From Klebsormidium nitens (taxonomy: Eukaryota; Plantae; Klebsormidiophyceae), in NCBI GenBank assembly GCA_000708835.1, contig DF237032.1:1-64000 (forward strand): a DNA stretch of 64,000 nucleotides, in the 5' to 3' direction. The first letter of the stretch is position 1. Every line of letters starts with the position of its first letter. Positions 35,100 to 47,238 of this stretch are shown one piece after another. Position numbers and translations under genes: made by a program. Under the pieces are notes generated by a model that did no database searches, had not been told where the DNA came from, and saw only the letters and a list, made by a program, of their open reading frames with translations.

Positions 35100-38000
35100 A
35101 TGGGAACTTCCAACTCGACGAGGAGGTCTTCTGGCAAGCATGTCGCAGCATCTGGTGCTGGGGGCAGCTCAAGGAATCAACTGTCGCATCAACCGGAGGA
35201 GATTTTGCCTATTTATCGGAAGCCCGAGCTACAAGACTTTGAATGTAAGAGAAACTTGATTGAAGAGAGGGTTTATTGGTGGGAAGGAGCTTCAGCATCC
35301 TCTGTTGTCCTGTTGAAGAGCATTTTGACTATCTGGGTGAATTCCTTGTTCTTTGGTTTACTGAGTGGCTCTTCAAAGAGTGTGCTCGTGGTAGACGGTT
35401 GTGTGAGCGCACCCTAAAATTGCGCCGTGTGTTTGGCACCTACTTAACATGAATAGGTGTGTTACAAACAATTGCCCTTCTACTTACCTCATTTGTCTGT
35501 CACTGGTGCAGGTGTCATATGCAAAGACCTGGTCTACAAACCTGTTGTCAACGGTGAGTGCAGTTATCGTGGGGTAAATGAAATTGCCTGGGGTAAATGA
35601 AACTGCTTATGGAGGGGACATGATTGACAATCATCACTCGTCAAGGTTGCTAGAAACCCTTGCATAGTCTCACTTAAGACCTGCGAAGTGGGACGTTTCT
35701 GCTGACATTCCTGTCTGCTCTCTCCCCCCCAGCGTGCGGCCACGCCTTCTTTTGCTTCTGGTGCGCGCACGAGAGCATGGGCGCAGGTTTCCAGAACAGC
35801 GCCTGCCCCATGTGCCGCTCCACGTTCAGCCACATGCCGCGCGTGTGCGAGCTGGCGCACTCGTACCTCACCAAGGTGTGGCCCACTGAGTACGCAGCCA
35901 GGGCCGCCGAGGTGGAGGAGGAGGAGAAGCAGCGCAACATGTTCTCGCCTGAGCCGATCGGCCTGCCGCAGACTGCAGGGAAGAGGAGGCAGGTCGACGC
36001 ACTGTTCCGGAATGGAGGGGGGCAGGTGGAGAGTGCGGGCGCTACACATGCTGAGGTCCAGGCAACTAGCGCTGCCAGCAAGGGTTCATGTGGAGAAGAG
36101 CCGGCGCAAGCGGACACCACGCAAGCAACATCTACTGAGATGGTGCGGGAGGGTTCGGACGAGAATAGAGTGGAGGAGTTCACTGCTGGTGACTGCGAGT
36201 GCCTGCTGTGCAACAAGCTGCTGTTCCAGCCAGTGGTCCTCTCCTGCGGCCATGGTGAGCCACGCTTTCGAATCCAGCAGCTCTTATCCTTTTCCTCGCC
36301 ACCAAACGCATAACATTTTCACTCCTGGAATCTATGAGGATACACAGACGCTGATTCTTGCCTACATTTTAGAAGGTTGCATTTGAAGGTCTATGGGCTT
36401 CCCTTCTGACTCCTGGGCTTGTGAAGCAAAGCAGAACCCTTCGCGGCATTGCGGCCTTGGCGATCATCCTTTCCTTTGTGTACCAATTCTCATCTTTGTA
36501 TTCCTCTCCGCACTCCAGCCTACTGCTTCCTGTGCTTGGAGGAGCGCTTCCCCGTGGGCCGCGTTGTGTGTGCCTACTGCCAGAAGGCGCACCTGGAGGA
36601 CGAGGTCACGGTGTGCGGCCAGCTGCAGGAGGTGATACAGGGCGCCTTCCCTGCCGAGACGCACCAGCGCATCCGCCAGGAGCGCGCAAGGCTCGGCAAC
36701 CGCACCGGCCTCCTCAAGCGGGTCGCGCAGCAGGACGAGCAGCCGGAGGAGCCCAAGGGCTTCGTTCACTTTGGTGAGTTTGCGGGGTTATCTTCATCTA
36801 TCACCTTACTTTGTCTAGTCTGCAACGCAGCATGGGCAAATGGACTGGAGCCTGTCATTCGTCCTCCTCCGAGCTAAGCCTCCCCACGGTCAAAACGACA
36901 TTCGTCAGGCCATTGTGACAGTCAAACGTGTCCTCATCTTTGCGCAGGGATTGAATGCGACGCGTGCGGTGTGTATCCGATTGTTGGCGAGCGATACCAA
37001 TGCCAGGACTGCGAAGAGGAGATTGGGTTCGACCTGTGTGGGCGCTGCCACGCGGCCCGCGAGCAGCCCATGCTGGGCAGCTACCTTTTTCAACAGGTGA
37101 GCCACGCTGAGCCACTGTTACTGTATCTGCCCCATCTTTATGTTGCTCCCAGAGGGATGGTTTGAAAGCGTACACGAGAAAGAGTTTTGGCATAGAGGTT
37201 GCTTTCTTTCAAGTCCTGCTTTCTCAACAGTCTCCCCTTGACTCTTTTGTACACGACTATGAAAGTACGAAGTCTGTTGCAAGCAACAACCTTTTCACAC
37301 AAATTTTGCGATGGCGCTTTTCTTTTATAGCACAGTAGTCTCTTACCTCATCTTCCTGAACGGCTTTCTCTGCTCGCGCGTGCTGCAGAAGCACTTGCCG
37401 TCCCACCGCATGCACCGCGTGGCGCCTGTTCCAACGTTTCTGCACCAGGTCATGGACACCCATCCCGAGCTGAGCGTGTCCACCGTCATCAACATGGTGA
37501 GCAGCACAACAGTCTCCATTGGCGTACAGCCGTTTGCATCAAGCCTGTCCGAGTGCACAGGAACATTTCGGCGCCGTGCACGGTATCAATGTTCGGTTCC
37601 GGAGCACGGTATCCGAAGTTGAACTCGGGCCCAGGAGTACACCTCCCGAGCGATACGGTACCTGGTCTACCGTCCGCTTCACAAAGCAACGGTAGTTGTG
37701 ACGAGTACAACGATACTGTGCAGCAGAACCGAGCAATAGACTCGTGCACGGCGCTCAAAACATTACCGTGCGCTTGGACGGGTTTGATGCAAACTGCTGT
37801 AAGACAAAGGGTCCAGGCTCGGGCATGCAGCGTGGTCACAGTGGGCGCAGAACCTTGTGCGAGCATCGTCCCAAGAAAGTTGAAAGCATGGTTCTTCCGT
37901 AACACTGCTGCTTGATCGATGACAGCGTTGATGGCCGGGCGTGCTATCTTCCAGCAGCAGGATACAAAAGTGTATAGCCTCCCTTGAGGGTGTTGACTGA

Positions 38001-39334
38001 GTTGCTGTGCTGGCTTTCGTGCTTGCCGTAGCCATAGCCGATTGTGGCGTTTTGTGAATGAGAGCAGCCTTACAGATCTGGGTCGGGCATGTGCCGTTAA
38101 TCGGTATGATCGGTATCTGTATCCAATCTTGGCAAGTGGTGATGCTGGCTTGACATCCTTTTGAAGCGTTCCAGCAGAAGGTGCCTCCTTCGCCCTGTCC
38201 TTTGCAAGCTGGGGTTTGTGCTGTACTTGTTGACAAGTTCGTCGCACTACTTGCACAAGCATTCTGGGGCAGTCGTTCTTCTGCGCGCTAATCTCGCTCT
38301 CTCTATTGTTCTCCCAGGTCATGAGCATGGTTGACGAGAGGGGAGACGAGAGCGCTGGCGCGGCGCAGCACCGCAGCCCCCCACCAGACGATGACGTAGA
38401 CCTAGGGGAGACCAACCTGTTCGACGAGCCCGAGGCGCCGCAGCCGCAGGAGCACGGAACTGCAGCCAGCGGCCAAGGCGGAGCAGAAGTAGAGCCGCTC
38501 GAGTCCGGGTTTGAAGCTGGGGGGGGCGCTTTTCAGCACGACGAAACGGGGGCGGCTGCAGGGCCCCTGGACATGACGTCACGCCTGGTGAGGACGGTGC
38601 TGGCGCAAGCGGAGGTGGAGCAGGCAGTCGGCCGGACGGGCCTGGAGGAGGATGGCGCACCGGTGCAGGGGGCCCCGGTTGCCGCAGCCGGTGCAATGTT
38701 GGAAGGTGACGGGCAGTCACGTGAGGAAGCAAACGGCGAACGAGGGGATGAGGCATCGGAAGCGCAACCAGGGGCGGGGGCCTCATCTCGGCCTAATGCG
38801 GAGTGGGTGTGGGTCAACGACTCTAGTCAGCAGGCCGAGCTGGGAATGGAAAGGAACGTGGAGGAGTTGGCTGATGATGGGCCCGAGCAAGTGTCACGGT
38901 TGGGCGAGGTACCGGGTGTCGCTTCAGGGGAGGGTCAATCGGAAGGGGCTCAAGAGGGTAGCTTGGTTGCAACGATGGGTGACCAAGGAAGCGGCCATGA
39001 AGATTGTGTGGATCGCGGAGCGGAAAAGCAGGATGGAGTAGCAGGGGGGTCAAACGACGCACTCGATCAGGGGGAAGGTTCGAGGGCGGGTCTGGACATA
39101 GAAGGTCGACAAAGGGGTGCTGAGGAAGAAGGACATCAGATTTCAGTGGAAGAGGGGGCCATAGCAACCGATCCTCACAATCAAGCCGCTGTCGGGCCTT
39201 GGAGCGACGCTGGTCGAGGTCGAGGGTTCACGGAGGAGTGGTGCGCTGCGCATGACCATCAGCAACGTGCCAGCTGCGAGCCAGGCCTGCGAAGGAGCGA
39301 CTCGTACCATCAGCTGATGATGGCAAGTGCGTGA
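35100..39334 (+). CDS. PRT1: N-degron pathway E3 ligase PROTEOLYSIS1-like (two RING + ZZ domains); 7 exons
   Basis: Exons 35100-35244, 35512-35553, 35733-36254, 36519-36773, 36948-37096, 37389-37496, 38318-39334. RING1 CVICKDLVYKPVVNACGHAFCFWC...CPMC; RING2 CLLCNKLLFQPVVLSCGHAYC; ZZ CDACGVYPIVGERYQCQDCEEEIGFDLCGRC...QQKHLPSH. Confidence 0.9.
37527..37799. mobile_element. 273-bp MITE, Tc1/mariner (Stowaway-like) type, in PRT1 intron 6
   Basis: Terminal inverted repeats 37527-37582 and 37743-37799 (10 mismatches + 1 indel, 8 of them transitions), both beginning CAG. Flanked by TA (37525-37526) and TA (37800-37801). Confidence 0.8.
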
Positions 39335-39899
39335 CGACTGCCGGAGGGACAGCTTGCTAAGATGCTCGATTGTTGCGTAAAGGTTGGAGATCGCTGATGA
39401 AGTGTAGAGTCTGTATTTCTCGCAGATTTATTGAAGTTGGCAACCGTAATGGGCTTTGTACATTAGTTACAACAGTTACCGGGGTAGGCATTTTCTGCTT
39501 GGCATCACATTATGCCAAGTTGGTCATTGTATGTCATCTGTAGAACAGCTCGCCGCTTGTCAGTCTTGATTGGTTGGTCAGAGTCTGAAGCTGGGAGTCC
39601 GGGTCGATTTGTGTAAAGCTAAGCTAGAGAGCAATACGACCAGGAAGTGTACATGAGCTTGAAAGCTTGGTTCCGCGACGTGACGCCGGAGACTGAACAC
39701 ATGCAAGCCTGGGCCATTACCAATTCCGGCCGCCTGGGGGCTGTCAATCGTGTGTGCGTCTGATTCCATCCCTGTATATGTTACTAATTTCGTCAAAAGC
39801 ACAGTCCGATTCTATGCGCCCACGGCCATGAGGCAGCCGCGATCGAAGCATGACTGAGCTGCACACGTACATAGGTCTAGTACGGTTGAGCTTCTTAGT

Positions 39900-40800
39900 A
39901 TATGCGGCCCCCGATAAGCTTTTGTGATGATTCAATATACTGTTCTTCGGCTCGAGGAATTCAATGCTATCATATTCTGATCAAGTCCGACCGTGGTGCA
40001 TGCTAGCTATAATGAGGCCAGCCTACAATTATACGTTGCATGAGCCTAGCTGGATGAGTACGTCGATCACGGTCGGCAACTCGGTATATATCCATGCCCG
40101 GCTGTATGCTGGAAACTAGGCTGTTGCATGCCTCGCACATGCCGCGACGGCCGCCCGGTCATGAACATGTCATGCAATGATACTCTAGGCATGCACTATA
40201 GACGTACGTGACTCATGCGATCGCGATCGAGACAAATATGTGCATATATATGCAGAAATTTGCTAAACTGCCCGCCAGCGCCTGGCCGCAGTTTAATATT
40301 CATTGCAAAAGCTAGCTACTAAGTGGCCGGCCGACTATATACATGTGCGGCGGGCCACCCGGATCATTCGGTTTGATTCAACGCTATACCAGAGTCGTCG
40401 ACCAATCTAGTCCCCAGTTCATGCAATGAATCGAGCAGGCTTGCTGCTAACAAATTCTGCTAACAAAATCTGTCATGACAGAATCTGACGACCGTTGACC
40501 GAGTCGATCGCTCAATATGCAAGATTGCCAAATTCGAATCGTCAGCTTTCATGACGGATCCAACTATCTGTAATCCGCCTTGCACATAGGGTACTTATTG
40601 GTTTGTTAATCTTAGCTAGGTCGGTTGTCTAAGTCTAACTTGGTTTCTAGCTGCTAGCCAGCAACAAACTCATGCTTCAACTAATTATGCTGTCACCGTA
40701 TTTGAGCGCATGGCAAACCCGCGATGCTATAATTAGTTAGACGACAAGCGGCTGCGGGACTAAAGCAGCCCAACGACGACACTCAGTAAACTCGATCTAC
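39900..40800. other. Palindromic-tetramer-rich intergenic tract (between convergent PRT1 and GAUT)
   Basis: Hand count: about 28 of 117 tetramers in 40141-40260 are self-complementary, against about 7 expected. Confidence 0.7.
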
Positions 40801-40818
40801 ACTCTCAGCCCCGGTGGT

Positions 40819-43800
40819 TTAGGGCGGCATTATGTTGCATTGCTGCAAGAATTGGTGCCAGTAGGCGACATGTCGCGTCCAGTACCCTTGGTACTGTTTC
40901 ATCGCTAGCTCTAGCCATGGCTTGGCGTGCCCGTTGTAGTGCAGCACCGCTGCCTTCTCTATCGCGTCTATGCTCACGTTCGGGTTGCATCCTAGGCCCA
41001 GCAGGTGCCACGACTTGTCCAGCACTTGCGTCTTGCCGTAGAACGTCATCAGTGCGGGCGGCAGCGTGCCGAGGCGCCACAGCTGGCGGTCAATGTTCTG
41101 CACGGATCGGTCCATTGAGTTAGAAGCTCTGCACAGTCTTGCCTTGCTTGGACGAAGGGCGAGGAGTTCATGCTTTCCACGGATACCTTATAGAAAAAGC
41201 AGATTTTGGCAAATGCAAGCTCACTGAACCGAGTGCTGTGCGTCTTCAAGACACCACCTTATCCCATGTGCAACGGCAAATCGGACAGCGGTGTCAGCCT
41301 GCTTCTTTTCATCATTGGTGGGTCGCGCCCCTCCTCCGAAAGCAAAGCCGCCTTTTCTTCCGTCCACAACCCGCAAGCGCGAACCAGCTGCAATATACCC
41401 CCAACGCGCTCGCCGCGTTCCCGTTCCTCCCCGCCTTGCCCTCACCTTTTGCTGCCAGTCGTGGTAGACCTCGGTGTAATCCCCCGCGCGCCACGCCTCC
41501 AGATTGAACAGGTTCATCCCGAAGGCCCAGCCGCATCCTTGGGGGTCGAACCGGTCCGCGATCAGGGGGTTGCTGAAGTTGAGGTATGTGTGGAAGCGGT
41601 GAAACACCTCGCCGCACGTCTCGACGGCCAGGTTCACGTTGTCCCCCATCGGAATCGCCCACAGCGGGGACAGGTCGCGCTGCACCACAGTAATACAGCT
41701 TGAGATACAGGCCAGGTTGAGATGGGTCAAAGTCCGGGGAACAGGGGGAACAGGTGGGTTTACGTTGGGGCTTTAGGGTGGGTACAAGTGCAGTGCGCAT
41801 AGCTTTGCTTCTAGCGTGTCTCCATTTCTCCCGTTTTAAACTGAGCCTGGCTCGACTCGACCCGGAATCAAGACTTTGAGTAGGGGTAACGGATGCAAAG
41901 CGCCAAAATTTGCCTCCAGGGCGTTACTGTAGTGCATATCCACGATTCCACCGTATCTCAATCTGGCTCAACCCGACCCAAAATCTGACGAACCCCCCCT
42001 CGTATCTCAAGCTGGCTCAACAACCTGGCTCAAGTGGATTAGAAATTGGGGGGCTTACCTGCACGACGACGTCCTCGTCGAGGAAGAGCACTTTGGGCAG
42101 GTGCGGGAACATCTTGGGCAGGTAGAAGCGCAAGTGGTTCAGGATGGAGAGGTACTTGGGGTTGCGGTACTTGAAGTTGGCCAGCGCCGTCGGGTCCTGC
42201 CCCTCGCGGCTCTCGATGTCGACCATGGCGGAGCGGAAGTAAAAGTTGCGCATGTTGGCCTGCGGGGGGGAGGGCACATTCAATCAAATCAGTGAGTAGC
42301 AAACCAGGGAAGGGTAATCGGGATGGCCGGGGCTACTTAGGGGCCAAGGGTGGGTACGGGGTGGAGCGGGTAAGTTGGGATTACAATGATCCTGAACAGG
42401 CTTGGCTTACCAATAATGAATCAAGATTACAAGAGGCACGGGCGTTAGCTCGGGACCACTTCAGGCTCAGAAGCGGAGAATTGATTGGAACAACGGACTA
42501 TCCAGGCGAGTCGAGGAAAGGTGAAGGAAACGAAAAGCTCACCCATGTCAGCCGAGCTTTGATAGGAAAAGCAAAAATGGCTCGTTGGCTCACAATGGTT
42601 GCCCAAATTGCGGGGGCGTTTCCGAAACCTAGAATTCGAGTGAAATGCATTCGCAGATCACCACATTTGTCGGCTTTGCACTTCCCGCTCGTGCAGATGG
42701 CTTGGCATGCCATCGCTGAGATCCTGAGTCGGTCGGTTTCTGAATCAGCAACTGATCTCTCCGGTCCCTACAACGCTCCTTAATAACGAAAGTTTCGTCC
42801 TCGCGTCTCCCCTCACCTGCTCGATCTGTCGCAGCACCGGCACGTACTGCGGGTTGATCCACTCAAAATCGTCGAGCGACTTGATGTCCACCGTCATGTT
42901 GCGCGGCGGGTTGAGCACGAACCACGCCTGCATGGCCCCCAGGTTCATGCGGTCCGTCACTATGTGGAACACATGCCGTGACGGGTCCGCCGCCGCCTGC
43001 GCGGTGCTGTTGACGACCACGGCAGTCGCCAGCACGTTGTCCGAAAACAGTGCGTAGTGGTGCAGCGCGGGGTTGCCAACGGTCTCTGGATCGGCGGAGC
43101 GAGAACTGCAGCGGCGGGGGAAGCGTTCATTACCAAGCTCTTTCGAAGAAGCGTTCTGTGCTCGTTCTGACGAAGAGAAGGTGCATCAAAAGAAGGTCAC
43201 GCTCAGCATTGTAGAAGTCTGGGGAGCAGACAATGTCGCAGTCCATTACAGCTTTCAGAATCGAAACTGTTCGCTTCTGCCAATCGAGTCCCGCCAATCA
43301 CCAAGACTGCAGAATCTCCTGGGGCAAAGTCTACTGCTTTCCTCGGACAAGCTTCCAACCATCACGCCTCCTTTATATAGGAATCCCCTGCATGGCCGGC
43401 AGAGGTGCTGCATGGTTTGCAAAATTGAGGCTTTGGAAGCCGCCGCTCTCAGCACATTGAGAATCGTCCTGGTCGTGAGCAAGAAGTGTGCGCACGCTCA
43501 CCGAGTGGCGATGTCCGGGTGCTGCATGTGTTCCACCATGAGCTTCATGGCGAGGCAGTGCATGCCCTTGGGCACGGCTTTCGCCGCCATCTGGCTGAAC
43601 AGCTTGCTCTGCAGGTCCACCGTCTTGGTCTGCGCCTCCGCCGCCTCTAGTTTCTGCCGCAGCTTCGCGACCACCGCCGCGCTGTCATACTCCGCCTCCT
43701 TCCCGCGCACAATCAGCACTTTCAGCGCCTCCATGCACCCGCGCGCCTCGGGGGGGGACACCCGCAGGCCCGCCAGCAGGGCGGCCTGGCAACCCCCCTG

Positions 43801-45179
43801 CAGCTGCCCCGCAAAGTCGGTCGCCAGGTCAGCGTCCTCGTACTCCTCCGCAATTGCCATATACGCCTTGCCGAGGTTCACATAGCGCCGCAAGTACTTT
43901 TGCAGCACGGCCGGGTCGCCGCTGTCCACTTTCTTGCCGTCCTTGCCGCGAGTGCCCCGCGTGCGCGCCTTGCCGGGGGGAGCCTCGAGCACGGACCGAG
44001 CCCCCGCTGCGAGGTGGGGGAAGCCCTTATCCGGACCGCTGTCCGAACGTGCGGCGCTCACTACCCCGTCTTGTTCAACTTTTCTCAGTGTAACTTGTTT
44101 ACTGCTGTCTGCTGCGTCCACCCCCGTTCGACCACTTTGCGCCTGTCCACTGCCAGTCCCACCGTCGATATCGTGGTGCTGTCCTGTGCTACCATGGCTG
44201 TCTGTCCTACTCTGTGCGGTCTGCTCCCCAGCTGCCTCGACGGCCCCCACAGCCTGCACAAAGGGAAAGGGGATCAGGGTGAGATGACTGACTCACACAA
44301 GACATGAGCTGGGGCATCAATCACCAGCGTCCAAGATCCATTCTAGTCTTTGCTGAACTCAAGGCCATAAGAAGGACACAGATAAGACAATTGTTTATTC
44401 TTCTTGAGGATGGATCCATGGAGCCAAAGTGTGTCCGCTGCTTTGTCAGCTTTTTCCCCTGGAACAGTATTCGGCCGAGAATGACGCCTCTAGACATGTC
44501 GCTGGACAGTGCCAGTCTCTCACCTTTGCTGCGGCGCCTGTGAGCACTGCCAGGGGAGGCACTTTGTCAACTGGAAGCCGGAGTCCCGACTGCAAGAACA
44601 GGAACCACAGGGGAATATCAGGACCGATCTGACTGGCTCAATGCAGCACGGAGAACTCAGCAACAGACGTGCAAGACAATGTGTCTCTGAAAACGGAGGG
44701 CAATTTGCTGCTGCGCTGGGAGGACTAACAAGTGGCACTAAGGAGGATTGAGCTGATAAGAGTGTGCCAGGGTACCTTGATAGGCTCTCTCAGCAGCCGG
44801 CCTGCCGCTGCGAAGTAACCTACGCTGGGGCCCAAAGAGCCTGCACGCCAACAAAGGCATTCAGCTAGGGAGAAGGGGAGGAGCCACACATGAGGTCTTA
44901 TATGCTGACTATGAATGGGCAGAAAGTCAACAAATGCAGAATATAATGTTGGAACCAAAATTTCAGTCTCTCTGTGGTCTTCCTGACCAGCAGCCAAGTA
45001 GAATAATCATTCGATAGTCGGCTCTAACCTTGCTTGCTGGGCCCGATGCCTCGAAAGTCCGCTACGGTCAGGCATAGCAGCTGAAGGCCTAGTGTGAATG
45101 CGAGCAGCATGAAGAACGCGGCGCGGCACAGTCCCACAACGCTCCAGGGCTTCCCCCCCAGCCCCAGCGCCTTCTTCAT
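40819..45179 (-). CDS. GAUT: Galacturonosyltransferase (GAUT, GT8 family, homogalacturonan synthesis)
   Basis: TM-bearing exon starting at 45179 (MKKALG...[16 protein letters not shown]); [11 protein letters not shown]; [12 protein letters not shown]; [11 protein letters not shown]; [19 protein letters not shown]; FLDEDVVVQ (DxD); [12 protein letters not shown]; CGWAFGMN; LWRLGTLPP; HYNGHAKPW; stop at 40819. Confidence 0.92.
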
Positions 45180-47238
45180 CAGGAGCAGAACAACAGCCGG
45201 AGAACAGTCCCGGCGCACTACTCAAACACAACCTGAGAAGATGAGAAATGGATCAGCGAGGGGGTGAAACAGCGGTGCTGACTGCTTAATTGCGAGATAC
45301 AAAAACCAGATGGTGATGCAAAATTTCAACCTTGTAAGCTGCAACCACAACGGGTCTGCACCTTGAGGCCATGCTTACAGGTGCTGCAACACTAATCCAT
45401 ATCAGTTCCATATCATCAAACTGGCTGCCAACCTTGTGCAGAGTTGCATGTCATTTAGAACCAGCAGATTAGGCCCTACGCATCTCCAGAGGGTCCCCGA
45501 AGAGCTCCTGAGGCAGCATTTCTGGAGTACTCAGCTGATTGACCGACCACTGCTGAAGACAGACTGGCGAGCTTAACAAATGTACTGCCATGAAGTGTGA
45601 TCAGACTGCAAATGTGCCCTCCCTACATTCTTAGAATTGTAGCAGCAGCAGCCACAGTGGAAGCATGAACTGTGCTACACTGGCATCGGAGCTTAAAGTA
45701 GCAGCTAGCTTGTTGGTGCGTGGTATCACAATGACCAGAAGCTGAGCAAGGTGACCGTCTGTCAAGACAGCTTGATCAAAAGCATTCCGTGTGTCAGTCG
45801 CTCGACCCCTGCCATGCCAGCTGGCGGTGCACTCCCCAAGGTTCAAGAAGAAGAAGAAACTGAGCAGCCGGCGCCAAGTCCAGATCAGCTGGAGCAATAT
45901 TCTCACGTGCTGGGACGCACAATCCCAGATCTCCTGTGAGTGTGATAGATGCTCGGACTCTTCCACCAAGTCTGAACTACTGAATTAGCAAGTCCGCCTT
46001 CATTTCAAGCCGGTATCTCCACACAATGCTGTTCAACACCCTACCCTGCAGCCTGATTCGGAGACAAGCTTCGTCAATTACCTTGAGGTTGGACCAGGAA
46101 TGTCTGAAGTTGAAAGGTTTGCATCAGAACCAGGGGCTGTGCAGACCATTGTCCGATACTACACGCACTTCTTCTCTTCTGCTTCAGTGCCCTACGTTCT
46201 TGCAGCTTGTGGCACCGCCCCTTGCGTCCCTGTTCCGATCCTGAAATATTCCGCCCCTAGGGATAACCAGCCTGCGACCCGCATAAAGGCCCTCCTTGTC
46301 CTCCTCATAGGCCAGATCTACTCCATCTCATCTTCCAACAAAAGGCAAGCGGTGGGATGGTGGCAGAAAGTGGCCTGAAACAGCGGCATGGCTGCCAGCA
46401 CGCCTCAAGGTTGGCGACCCCATTGACGCCCATTGACGCACCAACTGTCCAGAGCACTGCACGTAGTCCTACAGCGCATCCGGTAGATCTGAGCGCAGGT
46501 GTTTACCGTTACGAGGTAGAGTGCTCCTGCTTATGATCCCAAGCAGATGGGATTTCGAGCGTCCGTTATCTGCCGAAGAATTGGCTTCGTTTTCTCTCAG
46601 CCACTCTTAGCCGTCAGATAAGAACAGTCGCGCGCTGGCCACCCTTTATTGCTGGTGATCACCTCACTTTACTGTTCAGCGATGGAGCTCCTCATTCGGG
46701 CTATGAGCTTCAAACTGGGTCAACGTATCTCAGAGCTTATGCTGTCTAGAGACTAGAGGTTCGCAAACGTCCGCATTCAAACCCTAACTCGCAAAATCCA
46801 ATGGCAAAAGCTTGCGATTTGAAACTTGAAAGGCGAGCTTGCAACATTTGAATTTCTCCTGTGTGAGGTGGCGCGCGTTTCTCTTTCCCTTTCTCCTCCT
46901 CCAACTTTCTCAAACGTAATCCATTTTCTGGTCGGAAAGAACTTTGGGGCCTTGATGGAGCAGATTATGTAGCAATGGCTCACTTATTGGAGCTGTTTTC
47001 AACCCTCCCTTCGCAGGGTTGATTGTGCCGAAAAACAGCTGAAGATTGATGCATTGCATAGCTGAACGTCCATCGCAGCCGACCATTGAGCACTGCATTA
47101 GATGCCAACATACTTCCACCCATAGAAGGAGAGGAGGTTGGGCATAAAAGTTGGAGCGGATGCATTCAATCTTGTAGCCTTCCCACAAAAAGGAAAAGAT
47201 CGATTCGAGTGCACTGCCTGCTTTGGTCCATCTAAGCC

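Noticed and set aside
36255-37108. Two PRT1 introns beginning with identical GTGAGCCACGCT
   Set aside because: Five bases are donor consensus; a further 7-nt match is plausible by chance among this many introns.
46779-46787. Isolated telo-box-like AAACCCTA(A) words (also ~7781, ~9547, ~35411, ~56777)
   Set aside because: Single 8-9-mers at about chance frequency, with no consistent position relative to start codons.
45240-47230. Short ORFs in the 2-kb GAUT/At1g64430-like spacer as an extra gene
   Set aside because: No homology or coherent exon chain; more simply a GAUT 5' UTR intron (candidate donor ~46664, acceptor ~45233) plus promoter.
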